In this document: positions 35,422 to 45,466 of the stretch, in pieces
Layout: every line of letters starts with the position of its first letter
How positions within the stretch are numbered: the stretch's first letter is position 1
Assembly (NCBI GenBank): GCA_963793775.1
Contig: CAWCBM010000004.1
Coordinates: forward strand, 106,399-170,398
From: an uncultured Solirubrobacterales bacterium
GTDB taxonomy: Bacteria > Actinomycetota > Thermoleophilia > Solirubrobacterales > 70-9
DNA length: 64,000 bases
Direction: 5' to 3'
Notes under the pieces: model-generated
Seen by the model: only the letters and a program-made list of their open reading frames with translations
Told to the model about the DNA's origin: nothing
Database searches by the model: none
Position numbers and translations under genes: made by a program

Positions 35422-35973
35422 TCAGTAGCCGCTGTATCCGCCGGCCGACTCGGTGGTGGTCGTGGTCGTCTCCGGCGTCGCTGCGCCGGACCCGCCCGCG
35501 CGCACGACGTGCCAGGTGAACTGCTGGCCGTCGAACTCGTCGGAAAACCCGTCACCGGTCACCGTGCCCGGCCCTCCGTCCTCCACGAACGTGTAAAGGG
35601 GCGCGCGGTCCAGGGTCACCTGCTCGGACCCGTCCGGGCGCTCGACCGTGCCGAGCTTGCCGCTGACGTCGGTCGAGGCCGTCGGCTGGGAGGAGCCGGA
35701 GACGGTGAGCGGCATCCACTCGGATTCGCACCCTCCGGTGCAGCTGATCTTCCCGCTCGCCTCCTCGTCGGGCGTATACAGCGCGTTGCCGCCGGCGTCG
35801 ACAAGCACCTCGCCGGCGCCGTCGATGTTCGAAACGGCGACCGTGTCGCCGCTCGCCGCGCCGGCCGAGGCTGAGCTGGTCTCGTCCTCGGAGCTGCCGC
35901 AGGCCGCCAGCCCGAGCGCCGCCGCGAGTCCGATCAGTGTGAGGATCCGTGATCCCCTGCCAAATGCGTTCAT
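35422..35973 (-). CDS. Lipoprotein with two COG4315-type secreted repeats
   Basis: Internal ATG (35973) of ORF 35422..36099. The lipobox is MNAFGRGSRILTLIGLAAALGLAAC. The repeats are GEVLVDAGGNALYTPDEE...SCTGGCESEWMPL and RPDGSEQVTLDRAPLYTFVEDGGPG. Confidence 0.75.
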   Translation of the reverse strand: MNAFGRGSRILTLIGLAAALGLAACGSSEDETSSASAGAASGDTVAVSNIDGAGEVLVDAGGNALYTPDEEASGKISCTGGCESEWMPLTVSGSSQPTASTDVSGKLGTVERPDGSEQVTLDRAPLYTFVEDGGPGTVTGDGFSDEFDGQQFTWHVVRAGGSGAATPETTTTTTESAGGYSGY

Positions 35974-36041
35974 GCAAGGTGGTACGGGGCGCAACCTGCC
36001 CGGGATCTGGCCGAACCTAAGGGTCCGGTAAGGATCGTCGG

Positions 36042-38141
36042 CTACGCCTCGCTGAGCCCGATCCGGGCGTGCAGCCGGCGCAGCGGACGGGGCGCCCACC
36101 AGTTCCAGCGGCCGAGCAGCTGCATCAGCGAGGGCACCAAGAGCGCGCGGACGATGGTCGCGTCGATCAGCACCGCCAGCGCGGTCCCGAACCCGAGCTC
36201 CTTGATGAAGATCATCTGCGAGGTGATGAAGGCTCCGATCGCGATCGAGAACAGGAGCGCCGCCGCGGTCACGATCCGGCCGGTCCGCTCGAGGCCGATC
36301 GAGACCGCGTCGCGGTCCGAGGCGCCGCGGTCGCGGGCCTCCTTGATCCGCGAGAGCAGGAACACCCCGTAGTCGGTCGAGAGCCCGAACACGACCGCGA
36401 ACAGGAACAGCGGCTGCGTCGTCTCCAGGGCCCCCTGACTGGTGTAGCCGAGCAGGCTCTCCAAGCGGCCGTCCTGGAACACCAGCACCAAGATCCCGAA
36501 GACGGCGCTCAGCGTCAGCGCGTTGATCAGCACCTGCTTGATCGGCAGGATCACCGAGCCCGTCATCGCGAAGAGCACGACGACGGTGAACAGCGCCGCG
36601 ATCGCCAGCACCAGCGGGATGTGGTCGACGAGGCTGTCCTTGAGGTCGACGAAGTGGGCGCTCGACCCGGTGACCAGCGCGGAGCCCTCGAGGTCGCGCA
36701 GCTCGCCCGCCAGCTCCTGGCTCTCCTCGCTGAGCGGCGGGTGCTCGGAGACGACCTGCACCGCGGCGACGCCGTGGCCAAGCTCCACCGGGGGGCGGAC
36801 CGCCGCGACTCCGTCGAGCTTCTCCGCCTGCCTGGCGATCCGCTTCGCCTCGGCCGGGCCGCCGGAGACGGCGAGCGTGATCGGCGACTCGCGGAACGGC
36901 GGGAAGTCCGCCCGGAGGGCGTCGTCGACCTGCCTGGCGCTCTGGGAGGTCGGCAGCACCTGGGCGTCGACGGAGGTGAACTTGATCGAGAGGAACGGGA
37001 TCCCGAGCGCGATCAGCAGCGCTGCACTGCCGGCGGCGATCCGACCGGGGCGGCGCATGACGAGCTGCGAGAGCCGGTACCAGAAGCCCTCGGTCGCCGG
37101 GCGTGCGTCGCGCTCGGCGCGCCGGTGTAGGAAGCTGGGCGACAGCGAGTTGACCCGGTCGCCGAGGAGCGCCAGGACCGCGGGGAGGACGATCAGGGCG
37201 ATCGCCGCGGCGATCAGCGCCACCATCGAGCCGCCGATCCCCATCGAGTAAAGGAACCGCTGCGGGAAGACGATCAGCGACGCGATCGCGCCCGCGACCG
37301 TCAGCGAGGAGAACAGCACCGTGCGCCCGGCGGTGGCCATCACCGTCCGCATCGCCTCCAGCCCCGGGCCCTGCTTGGCGATCTCCTCCCGGTAGCGAGA
37401 GACGATGAAGAGGCTGTAGTCGATCGCCAGCCCCAGCCCGAGGCCGGTCACCAGATTGAGGGCGAAGATCGAGATGTCGGTCGTCTCGGCGGCCGCGCGC
37501 AGGGTGACCATCGTCGCGACGATCGCCAGTCCGCCGACCAGCAGCGGCAGCAGCGCTGCCACCAGGCTGCGGAAGAACAGCAGCGAGAGCAGGAACAGAA
37601 GTGGGAACGCGTAGAGCTCGGCGGTCTGCAGGTCGTGCTCGACCTGCTCGTTCGCCTGTTTCTGGGCGAGCGCCTGCCCGCCGACGGTCACGCCGGGCTC
37701 GCCGGCCAGCGAATCGGCGATCCGCTCGGCGGCGTCCTGCTCCTCCTCGTCGTCGGTCGGCTTCAGCCCGGCGGCCAGATAGGTCGAGTCGCCCGAGCGC
37801 GAGACGAAGTCCGATGAGCGAGAGTCGAGGTAGCTCGAGACTTCGGCGACGTCCGGGTCGTCCCGGATCTGGCGCTCGACCGCGGCCAAGCGCTCACGCC
37901 CGGCGGGCGAGGAGACGTCGATGCCGTCGACGAGGACGACGATCCCGGTCTCGCGATAGCCCGCCCGCTCGAGCAGCTCGTCGGCCTTGACGCTCTCGGT
38001 CGCCGGATCCTCGGCGCCGTACGGCGCGAGGTGGTCGGCGACTCCGGAGCCGATCGCGCCCGCGGCGACGAAGGCGACCACGGCGACGATCACGACCGCG
38101 CGGGGGTGGTTCTGGGCCAGACGCGCGAGCCGGTCGAACAT
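36042..38141 (-). CDS. MMPL family (RND superfamily) membrane transporter
   Basis: 699-aa ORF with two 6-TM blocks, each preceded by a soluble loop. It shows ...DYSLFIVSRYREE... and ...STDYGVFLLSRIKEARDRG... motifs. Its start overlaps the PadR stop. Confidence 0.9.
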   Translation of the reverse strand: MFDRLARLAQNHPRAVVIVAVVAFVAAGAIGSGVADHLAPYGAEDPATESVKADELLERAGYRETGIVVLVDGIDVSSPAGRERLAAVERQIRDDPDVAEVSSYLDSRSSDFVSRSGDSTYLAAGLKPTDDEEEQDAAERIADSLAGEPGVTVGGQALAQKQANEQVEHDLQTAELYAFPLLFLLSLLFFRSLVAALLPLLVGGLAIVATMVTLRAAAETTDISIFALNLVTGLGLGLAIDYSLFIVSRYREEIAKQGPGLEAMRTVMATAGRTVLFSSLTVAGAIASLIVFPQRFLYSMGIGGSMVALIAAAIALIVLPAVLALLGDRVNSLSPSFLHRRAERDARPATEGFWYRLSQLVMRRPGRIAAGSAALLIALGIPFLSIKFTSVDAQVLPTSQSARQVDDALRADFPPFRESPITLAVSGGPAEAKRIARQAEKLDGVAAVRPPVELGHGVAAVQVVSEHPPLSEESQELAGELRDLEGSALVTGSSAHFVDLKDSLVDHIPLVLAIAALFTVVVLFAMTGSVILPIKQVLINALTLSAVFGILVLVFQDGRLESLLGYTSQGALETTQPLFLFAVVFGLSTDYGVFLLSRIKEARDRGASDRDAVSIGLERTGRIVTAAALLFSIAIGAFITSQMIFIKELGFGTALAVLIDATIVRALLVPSLMQLLGRWNWWAPRPLRRLHARIGLSEA

Positions 38142-38695
38142 CAGGCGCTCCCGCTCTCCCTCGTCTCGGCGGAGCGGAGCTCGGCGCGAGCTCGCTCACA
38201 CCAGTCGATCATCCACTCGCTCGACTCGACGCCGTAGCGCAGGACCAGGTTCGGGAACGGATCGCCGGTCGCCGCCGCGGCGACGGTCTGCGGCTCCACG
38301 GCTCGCAGCTCCGCCAGCTTTTCCTCGTGGATCCGCTGCTTGGCGGCGAGGATCTCATCCGCCCGGTCGGGGTCGGCGGTGGCGAAGAACAGTTTCAGCA
38401 ATCCCTCGTCACGGCTCTCGAAGGTCTCGACGCCCTCGGCGAGCCAGCGGCGGAGCTCCTCGCGGCCGGCCTCGGTGAGCGTGTAGACGGTGCGCTTGCG
38501 ACCGCCGCGCGGCTCGGCGCGGCCCTCGACCAGCCCGGCCTGCTCCAGCCGGCGCAGCTCGGGATAGATCTGCCCGTAGCTGGCCGCCCAGAAGAAGCGG
38601 GTCGAGCGGTCGACCACGCGCTTGATCTCGTATCCCGTCCGCGGCCCGTGGCGCAGCATGCCCAGGACGACGTATGCGGTGGGGTTGAGCTCCAT
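38141..38695 (-). CDS. PadR family transcriptional regulator
   Basis: 184-aa ORF: [52 protein letters not shown]. Confidence 0.9.
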   Translation of the reverse strand: MELNPTAYVVLGMLRHGPRTGYEIKRVVDRSTRFFWAASYGQIYPELRRLEQAGLVEGRAEPRGGRKRTVYTLTEAGREELRRWLAEGVETFESRDEGLLKLFFATADPDRADEILAAKQRIHEEKLAELRAVEPQTVAAAATGDPFPNLVLRYGVESSEWMIDWCERARAELRSAETRESGSA

Positions 38696-38705
38696 GTATC
38701 TCGGG

Positions 38706-38726
38706 GATATATCAGGCGGATATATC
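38706..38726. promoter_or_regulatory. Two copies of the palindromic octamer GATATATC, candidate PadR operator
   Basis: GATATATCaggcgGATATATC read directly, 11-31 nt upstream of the PadR start, in the PadR/ask divergent spacer. It is conspicuously AT-rich for this genome. Confidence 0.35.
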
Positions 38727-38831
38727 AGCGACCGTGATTGCGGTCACAGTCGAGAGCGCTCGGTCGACCTTGCTCGCGAAGCGTCCCTGCCGTCAAGTCC
38801 TCCGTCGGCGTCGCGTTCGTATTCTCAGGCG

Positions 38832-40109
38832 ATGCCCGCAGGCGCGGAGATCGTGGCGATGAAGTTCGGCGGCACCTCGGTGGCGAGCGCCGAGGACATC
38901 AAGCGCGCCGCGCGCCGGATCGTCGCTGCCCGCGAGGGCGGCAAGCAGGTGGTGGCCGTGCTCTCGGCGCGGGGCAAGACCACCGACGAGCTGGTTGCGG
39001 CGGCGTACGAGATCTCGGACCACCCGCTCGAGCGGGAGATGGACATGCTGCTCTCCACAGGCGAGCGGATCTCGTGCGCGCTCTGCGCGATGGCGATCCA
39101 TGACATGGGCCACAACGCGATCTCGCTCACGGGCTCGCAGGCGGGCATCGTCACCGATTCCTCGCACACCAAGGCGCGGATTCTCGACGTCCGCGCCGAG
39201 CGCATCCGCGCCGCGCTGGCCGAGGACCGGATCGTGCTCGTCGCCGGCTTTCAGGGCGTCTCGGGCGACAGCAAGGACGTGACCACGCTCGGGCGTGGCG
39301 GCTCAGACACGACGGCGGTCGCGATCGCGGCGGCGCTCGGCGCGGAGGTCTGCGAGATCTACACCGACGTCGCCGGTGTCTTTTCCGCGGACCCGCGGCT
39401 GGTCCCCGACGCTCGCAAGCTGCCCGCGGTGTCGTTCGACGAGATGCTCGAGATGTCGTCGTCGGGCGCCGGCGTTTTGCAGCTGCGGGCGGTCGAATAC
39501 GGGCGCAACCACGGCGTGCGCATCCACTGCCGCAGCTCGTTCGAGGACGGCCCCGGTACGCTCGTGCTCGCCGAGGACGAGACCGTGGAACAGCCGATGG
39601 TGACAGCCGTGACACACGCCTACGAGGCGCGGGTGACCCTGACCGGGTTGCGCGACGAGCCGGGCGTGGCCGGGCGGGTGTTCGGCGCCCTGGCGGACGC
39701 CAACGTCAACGTCGACATGATCATCCAGAACGAGCCGGTCTCCGACGACTCGAAGGCCGACCTCTCATTCACCGTCGCCCGCGATGACCTCCGCCAGGCG
39801 ATCGACGCGCTCGAGGGGTTGAAGATCAGCGAGGACGTGAACACCGACGAGAACGTCGGCAAGGTCTCGATCGTCGGCGCCGGGATGCGCAGCCACCCGG
39901 GCGTCGCCGCGAAGGTTTTCAGTGTGCTGGGCGAAACCGAAATCAACATCGAGATGATCTCCACCTCGCCGATCAAGATCTCCTGCGTGATCGCCGCCGA
40001 CCAGGTGCCCGAGGCCGTGCAGGCCATCCACGGGGCCTTCGATCTCGGCTCCGAGGCGGTCCGCGAGGAGGACCCGTCGGGCGAGCACCGGCCGCGGGTG
40101 GCGCCGTGA
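38832..40109 (+). CDS. ask: Aspartate kinase
   Basis: Internal ATG of ORF 38622..40109: ...[48 protein letters not shown]...[18 protein letters not shown]..., with two C-terminal ACT domains. An alternative GTG at 38853 (VAMKFGG) has a GGAG 3 nt upstream. Confidence 0.9.
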   Translation: MPAGAEIVAMKFGGTSVASAEDIKRAARRIVAAREGGKQVVAVLSARGKTTDELVAAAYEISDHPLEREMDMLLSTGERISCALCAMAIHDMGHNAISLTGSQAGIVTDSSHTKARILDVRAERIRAALAEDRIVLVAGFQGVSGDSKDVTTLGRGGSDTTAVAIAAALGAEVCEIYTDVAGVFSADPRLVPDARKLPAVSFDEMLEMSSSGAGVLQLRAVEYGRNHGVRIHCRSSFEDGPGTLVLAEDETVEQPMVTAVTHAYEARVTLTGLRDEPGVAGRVFGALADANVNVDMIIQNEPVSDDSKADLSFTVARDDLRQAIDALEGLKISEDVNTDENVGKVSIVGAGMRSHPGVAAKVFSVLGETEINIEMISTSPIKISCVIAADQVPEAVQAIHGAFDLGSEAVREEDPSGEHRPRVAP

Positions 40110-41152
40110 GGTATCGGGTCGGAGTGGTGGGCGCGACCGGCGCCGTCGGGTCGACGATCCTGGACGTGCTCTCCGAGCGCGGCTTCCCGGCCGCCGAGGT
40201 CGTCGCGTTCACCTCGGCCCGCTCGGCGGGGCAGAAGGTCCAGTTCGGCGACGACGAGATCGAGTGCCGGGAGCTCGCCGAGGATGAGATCGGCGGCTTC
40301 GACCTCGTCCTCTCCTCGGCCGGTGGGGCGATCAGCGCGGAGTGGGCGCCGCGGTTCGTCGCCGCCGGCGCGACCGTCGTCGACAACACCAGCTACTGGC
40401 GGATGCACGACGACGTGCCACTCGTCGTCTCGGAGGTGAATCCCGAGGCGCTCGACGATCACCACGGCCTGATCGCGAACCCGAACTGCTCGACGATGCA
40501 GATGGTGGTCGCGCTGGCGCCGATCGATCGCGCTGTCGGCATCGGGCGGATCGTCGTCTCCACCTACCAGTCGGTCTCCGGTACCGGCCGCAAGGCGATC
40601 GACGAGCTGCTCGACCAGTCCCACGCGCTGCTTCACGACCAGGATCCGGAGCCGCCCGGCGTCTATCCGCACCAGATCGCCTTCAACGCCCTGCCGCAGG
40701 TCGAGAGCTTCAAGGACGGCGACGACTACACCACCGAGGAGCGCAAGCTGATGGCCGAGACGCGCAAGATCCTCGGCGCCTCCGAGGACGAGCTCGGCAT
40801 CTCGGCCACGTGTGTCCGGGTCCCGGTGCTCGCCGGCCACTCCGAGTCGATCAACATCGAAACACGCGGCGAGCTCTCCCCCGAGGAGTGCAGGGAACTG
40901 CTCAGCGAGGCGCCCGGGGTGGTCGTGCTCGACGACCCGGCTGCAGCGCTCTACCCGCTCGCCCGTGACGCCGCCGGTCGCGACGAGGTGTTCGTCGGCC
41001 GCATCCGGCGCGATCCGTCACACGAGCGCTGCCTGAATCTCTGGGTGGTCGGCAACAACCTGCGCAAGGGCGCCGCCACCAACGCTGTCCAGGTCGCCGA
41101 GCTGCTCGCAGAGCGCGACCTGGTCCGAGTCCCCGCGGGAGCGACTTTTTAA
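40106..41152 (+). CDS. asd: Aspartate-semialdehyde dehydrogenase
   Basis: 348-aa ORF: [18 protein letters not shown]...[13 protein letters not shown]...[17 protein letters not shown] overlap links it to ask. Confidence 0.95.
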   Translation: MRYRVGVVGATGAVGSTILDVLSERGFPAAEVVAFTSARSAGQKVQFGDDEIECRELAEDEIGGFDLVLSSAGGAISAEWAPRFVAAGATVVDNTSYWRMHDDVPLVVSEVNPEALDDHHGLIANPNCSTMQMVVALAPIDRAVGIGRIVVSTYQSVSGTGRKAIDELLDQSHALLHDQDPEPPGVYPHQIAFNALPQVESFKDGDDYTTEERKLMAETRKILGASEDELGISATCVRVPVLAGHSESINIETRGELSPEECRELLSEAPGVVVLDDPAAALYPLARDAAGRDEVFVGRIRRDPSHERCLNLWVVGNNLRKGAATNAVQVAELLAERDLVRVPAGATF

Positions 41153-41158
41153 AAGCCG

Positions 41159-43480
41159 ATGATCGCCGCGCTGGCCTCGGCGGCGCTGATCGCCGCGGGC
41201 TCGCTGGCGATCGGTCAAGCGATCCTCTTCGCCTGCGGCTCGCGGGAGTGGACCTGGCTCGCCGGCCCGGTGGGCCTCGCGGCCCTGTTGATCGCGTCCG
41301 CGGTGGTCGCCGGGCTCGACGGCCGCGGCGCCGCGATCGCCATCGTCGACGGGGTGCTGGTGGCGGGATCGGTGGTCTATCTCGGCGCCCGCGGCGGCGG
41401 CCACGGCTGGTCGTGGGCTGCACTCGGCGCCGCCGGGATCGCGGCGCTGGCGGCCGCGATCCCGTTCATCGCCGCCGGCGCAGTGGGCATCCTCGGCGTC
41501 GGCCTCGTCAACGACGACATGGCCAACCACCTGCTGCTCGCAGACTGGATCGGCGAGCGGTTCAGGCCCGAGCCGGTGCTGATCGACCAGGGGTATCCGC
41601 TCGGCCCGCACGCCCTGGTCGCCGGGCTTTCGAGCCTGCTCTCCGCGAGCTCGATCGACGTCTTCGCCGGCCTGGTGCTGGCGATCCCGGCCCTCACCGC
41701 GCTGGTCGCCTACCAGGCGCTCGACGGGTTGCGAACTGCGGCACGGGTCCCCGTCGCGGCGCTGGTCGCGCTGCCGTACCTGGCGGCCGCCTACCTCGCC
41801 CAGGAGGCGTTCAAGGAGCCGATCACCGCCCTGTTCGTGCTCGCCTTCGCGCTGCTGCTGCCGAAGGTCCGCGAGCCGCGCCAGGCGATTCCGCTCGGAG
41901 TCCTCGCCGCCGGGACCGTCTACGTCTATTCCTTCCCCGGCCTGGCCTGGCTTGCCGGCACGGCGGCGGTCTGGGCAGCGATCGAGCTTGCAGGGCGAGG
42001 GTCGGGGGGCGGTCGCGAGGCTATCCGCAGCGAAGCGAGGACTGCCTCGCGCGCCGCCCTCCCGGGCCTCGCCCTGGCGGCTGGTGCGCTCGTTGTGCTG
42101 ACAGCGCCGGAGATCGGCCGCCTGCTCGACTTCATCGACTTCCGGGCGCTGCATCCGGACCGCGCCAACGACGGCGGCCTCGGCAACCTGCCAGGGCACC
42201 TCTCGCCCCTGGAGGCGCTCGGGATCTGGCCGACGAGCGACTTTCGGACCTCCGCGACGGCGGCGAGCGCTCCGGCGATCCTCTTCTACCTCGCCGGCGC
42301 CGTCGCGCTGGCGGGATTTGCGATCGCCGTCCCGCGGTGGGTGCGGCGCCACGGCGCAGCGATCCCGGCGGCGCTCGCCGCCGCCGCGGTGATCTACGTC
42401 GCCGCGCGCGCCTTCGGCACCGTCTACAGCTCCGCGAAGGCGCTTGCGATCGCCGCCCCGCTGATCACGCTGGTGACGCTGGGCGGGCTGCTCGCCGCCC
42501 CGAGTCGGGCGCTGCGCCTCGGCGGCGCCGCGCTCGGGATCGCGGCCGCCGTGTCGAGCTTCCTGCTGCTCCGCCAGGCGCCGGTGGCGCCCGAGGACCA
42601 CATGGAGGAACTCGCCGAGATCCGCCCGCTGGTCGCCGGTGAGAAGCTGCTCTTCCTGGGCCGCGACAACTTCGTCCTCTACGAGCTGCGTGGCTCGAAG
42701 CCGTTCGTCACGGTGCGTAACTACTACGACCCGTACTACGCGAAGCCGAACGCCGAGCTCGCCGATGTCTTCGCGAAGTTCGACTTCGACACCGTCGACG
42801 CGAAGACCCTGGCGAAGTTCCCGTTCGTGCTCACGACCCGCGCGGCCTACGCGAGCGGGCCGCCTCCCGGCTACGAGGCGGTGCGCCAGACCCCCTCCTA
42901 CGTGCTCTGGAGGCGCGAGGGTGGGGTCGGCGATCGGCATCCGGCCGAGCCCGGGGCGACCCCCGGCCGGGTGCTCGGCTGTCAGGGAAGCGAGCGGCCG
43001 CGCGGCCGCGCCGCCGTGTTCGCGGCAAAGCCGGTCCTCGCGGACCAATCGCGGTGGAGCTCGAACACGATCGAGGGCGACTCGCCGGCGATGGTGCGAC
43101 TCACGCTGCCGGCCGGGGAGTGGGAGATCTCACTCCAGTACGACGCCAGCCGCCCGCTGACGCTGACCGCCGACGGTACCGTGCTCGGCGAGGTGCCCGC
43201 CAACCTTGACTTCCGGGGGCCTGGGCCGTTCTGGCCGGCCGGGAAGCTCGACGTCGAACGCCGCAGGGATGTCGAGATCACGGCGAGCGTCGATGACGTC
43301 CCGCTGGCGGGCCGCGTGCTCGGCGCCGACTCCGTCGCCCACCTGGGGCCGATCGCGGCCTCGCCGGCCGGCGCCGGGTACATCGGCGGCGGCGATGCTC
43401 CGATGCCGAGCACGGGCGAGCAGCTGCGTGCGGGCGCCGCGGCGTGTGATGCGTACGTTGACTGGCTGGAGGCCGGCTGA
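41159..43480 (+). CDS. Large polytopic membrane protein (~13+ TM) with a ~230-aa C-terminal soluble domain; possibly a GT-C-type glycosyltransferase
   Basis: 773-aa intact ORF. The first ~540 aa are very hydrophobic, and the tail (…RNYYDPYYAKPNAELADVFAKFDFDTVD…EWEISLQYDASRPLTLTADG…) is soluble. I recognise no motif with confidence, so the GT-C idea is only architectural. Confidence 0.65.
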   Translation: MIAALASAALIAAGSLAIGQAILFACGSREWTWLAGPVGLAALLIASAVVAGLDGRGAAIAIVDGVLVAGSVVYLGARGGGHGWSWAALGAAGIAALAAAIPFIAAGAVGILGVGLVNDDMANHLLLADWIGERFRPEPVLIDQGYPLGPHALVAGLSSLLSASSIDVFAGLVLAIPALTALVAYQALDGLRTAARVPVAALVALPYLAAAYLAQEAFKEPITALFVLAFALLLPKVREPRQAIPLGVLAAGTVYVYSFPGLAWLAGTAAVWAAIELAGRGSGGGREAIRSEARTASRAALPGLALAAGALVVLTAPEIGRLLDFIDFRALHPDRANDGGLGNLPGHLSPLEALGIWPTSDFRTSATAASAPAILFYLAGAVALAGFAIAVPRWVRRHGAAIPAALAAAAVIYVAARAFGTVYSSAKALAIAAPLITLVTLGGLLAAPSRALRLGGAALGIAAAVSSFLLLRQAPVAPEDHMEELAEIRPLVAGEKLLFLGRDNFVLYELRGSKPFVTVRNYYDPYYAKPNAELADVFAKFDFDTVDAKTLAKFPFVLTTRAAYASGPPPGYEAVRQTPSYVLWRREGGVGDRHPAEPGATPGRVLGCQGSERPRGRAAVFAAKPVLADQSRWSSNTIEGDSPAMVRLTLPAGEWEISLQYDASRPLTLTADGTVLGEVPANLDFRGPGPFWPAGKLDVERRRDVEITASVDDVPLAGRVLGADSVAHLGPIAASPAGAGYIGGGDAPMPSTGEQLRAGAAACDAYVDWLEAG

Positions 43481-44667
43481 TGGACATCGGCTTCGGCGCG
43501 GCGCTGCTGATCATCGGCACGCTGTTGGCGGTCACCGCGGCGCTCTCCGGGCTGATGCGCGGCACGGTGCTGTCGGCCTCGGTCCTCTCGGTCGGGCTCG
43601 GCCTGCTGCTCGCGGAGCTCGACGTCATCTCCGTCGACGTCAGCGACGAGGGCGTCGTCGAGCTGGTCGAGCTGGCCCTGATCCTGACCCTGGTGTCCGA
43701 CGGGCTGGTGGTCGAACGCGAGCTGCTCGGCCGCCACTGGGGGCCGCCTGCACGGGCGCTGGTGTTCGCGATGCCGATCACGCTCTGCCTGCTGGCGCTC
43801 GGCGCGAAGCTGCTGTTCAACGAGCTCACCTGGGCGGAGGCGTTCCTGCTCGGAGCGGTGCTATCGCCCACCGACCCCGTGGTGACCTCCACCGTGGTCA
43901 CCGCCCAGCGCGTCCCGGCCGCGATCCGCCACACGCTCAACCTCGAATCGGGGCTCAACGACGGGCTGGCACTGCCGTTCGTGCTCTTCTTCCTCATCCT
44001 CGCGACGCCCGGCGGCGACGCCGGCAGCGAGGCGGCGAAGCTCGCCGGCGAGGCGGCCTTCGGAGTGGTGGTCGGGATCGCGCTCGGGATCGCCGGCGGG
44101 TATCTGCACCGGGGGATGCCGGGCGGCGTGACGCCGCGGTACGAGGGGATCTACGCGGTCGGCTTCGGGCTGGCGGCGTTCGGGCTCGCCGACGTCACCT
44201 TCGGCAACGGGCTGATCGCGGCCTTCGTCTGCGCCATCACGCTCGGCGTCTTCGAGCACAAGATCACCGAGCGGTTCATCGACTTCTCCGAGAACGTCAG
44301 CGCGATCTTCCAGGTGCTGACCTTCTTCGTCTTCGGCGCGATCATCGTCGCCACCGGCTACGACGGCCCGATGTGGGCGCTGATCCTGTTCATCCCGTTC
44401 GCCCTGCTGGTGGCTCGGCCGGCGGCCGTGATGCTGTCGCTCGCCGGCACCAAGCTGCCGCAGCCGCAGAAGGCGTTCATCGCCTGGTTCGGGCCGAAGG
44501 GGGTGGCATCGATGCTGTTCGCGCTGCTCGTCCTCGACCGCGCCGTCGAACACCGCTCGCTCGTCTTCGACGTCGCCGCGTTCGTAATCCTCGCTTCGAT
44601 CCTCGCCCACGGGCTCACCGACACGGTCGGAGCGCGGTGGATCGAGAAACGGATGGGAGAGCGATGA
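43480..44667 (+). CDS. Cation:proton antiporter (CPA1 family), second copy
   Basis: 395-aa ORF: LSPTDPVVTSTV, ESGLNDGLALPFV, AWFGPKGVASMLFA. An ATGA overlap links it to the upstream membrane protein. Confidence 0.85.
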   Translation: MDIGFGAALLIIGTLLAVTAALSGLMRGTVLSASVLSVGLGLLLAELDVISVDVSDEGVVELVELALILTLVSDGLVVERELLGRHWGPPARALVFAMPITLCLLALGAKLLFNELTWAEAFLLGAVLSPTDPVVTSTVVTAQRVPAAIRHTLNLESGLNDGLALPFVLFFLILATPGGDAGSEAAKLAGEAAFGVVVGIALGIAGGYLHRGMPGGVTPRYEGIYAVGFGLAAFGLADVTFGNGLIAAFVCAITLGVFEHKITERFIDFSENVSAIFQVLTFFVFGAIIVATGYDGPMWALILFIPFALLVARPAAVMLSLAGTKLPQPQKAFIAWFGPKGVASMLFALLVLDRAVEHRSLVFDVAAFVILASILAHGLTDTVGARWIEKRMGER

Positions 44668-45305
44668 CCAGCGTGGATCTCGCGCGGATCGAGGTCGCCG
44701 AGACGCGCCCGGAGGAGACCGAGGAGGCGATCGAGGTCGCCGCCCGCGCGCTCGCCGACGGCCCGCTGACGATCGCGGTTGTCAGCAAGGACCTCGAGCT
44801 CAACTTCCGCTACCTGCGCCGGTTCTTCCGGCTCCAGTACCGACTCGCCCCGCACCAGCGGCCGCTGGTGGCCCGGCTCGACGGTCGCATCGTCGCCTCG
44901 ACCAACGACCTGCCGAACGGCGCCTGCCACGCAAGCCCGTGGATGAAGCTGCGCTCCGTGCCGACGCTGCTCGCCACCCGCCCCGCAGTCGCGCTCCGAG
45001 CCCTGCGCTGGTTTTCGGACTGGGAGCGCCGCGACCCGCTGCCGCGCCCGCACTCGCACTTCGGCCCCTTCGGAGTCCGGCCCCAGCTTCAGGGGCGGGG
45101 GATCGGAAGCGTGGTGCTCTCCGAGTACACCCGCCGCCTCGACGCGGCCGGCGAGGCCTCCTACCTCGAGACCGAGAAGCCCGAGAACGTCGCCCTTTAC
45201 AGCCGCTTCGGCTTCGAGGTGATCGAGGAGGCCGACGTGCTCGGCGTCCCGAACTGGTTCATGTGGCGCGACCCCGGCGCGCTCACCCCGGCCCGCGATC
45301 GCTAG
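44664..45305 (+). CDS. GNAT family N-acetyltransferase
   Basis: Tail of track ORF 43206..45305 from the ATG at 44664 (ATGA overlap with the antiporter): MTSVDLARIEVAETRPEE...VRPQLQGRGIGSVVLSEY...ASYLETEKPENVALYSRFGFEV. Confidence 0.75.
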   Translation: MTSVDLARIEVAETRPEETEEAIEVAARALADGPLTIAVVSKDLELNFRYLRRFFRLQYRLAPHQRPLVARLDGRIVASTNDLPNGACHASPWMKLRSVPTLLATRPAVALRALRWFSDWERRDPLPRPHSHFGPFGVRPQLQGRGIGSVVLSEYTRRLDAAGEASYLETEKPENVALYSRFGFEVIEEADVLGVPNWFMWRDPGALTPARDR

Positions 45306-45466
45306 CCGTCGGCGAGCTTGTCGACGACCTGGCGGGCGGTCTCCGGGTCGACGCCGGTGAACTTGACGTAGAGGCTGACCGCGTCGTCGATGTGGCCGAG
45401 CAGGGCGGCCTGCTCGACCTCGGGCGGGGGCGCCGGGGCGCCGAACTGTTCGTGGGCGTCGCTCAT
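45302..45466 (-). CDS. 54-aa hypothetical protein, last gene of the sdh operon
   Basis: Tail of track ORF 45302..46105 from the ATG at 45466: [60 protein letters not shown] overlap links it to the upstream CCG-domain gene, and GC3 is high. Confidence 0.5.
   Translation of the reverse strand: MSDAHEQFGAPAPPPEVEQAALLGHIDDAVSLYVKFTGVDPETARQVVDKLADG

Noticed and set aside
41018-43048. 676-aa minus-strand ORF
   Set aside because: It is antisense to the 773-aa polytopic membrane protein. It is extremely Arg/Gly/Asp/Glu-rich with no domain pattern, whereas the plus-strand frame gives coherent TM helices.
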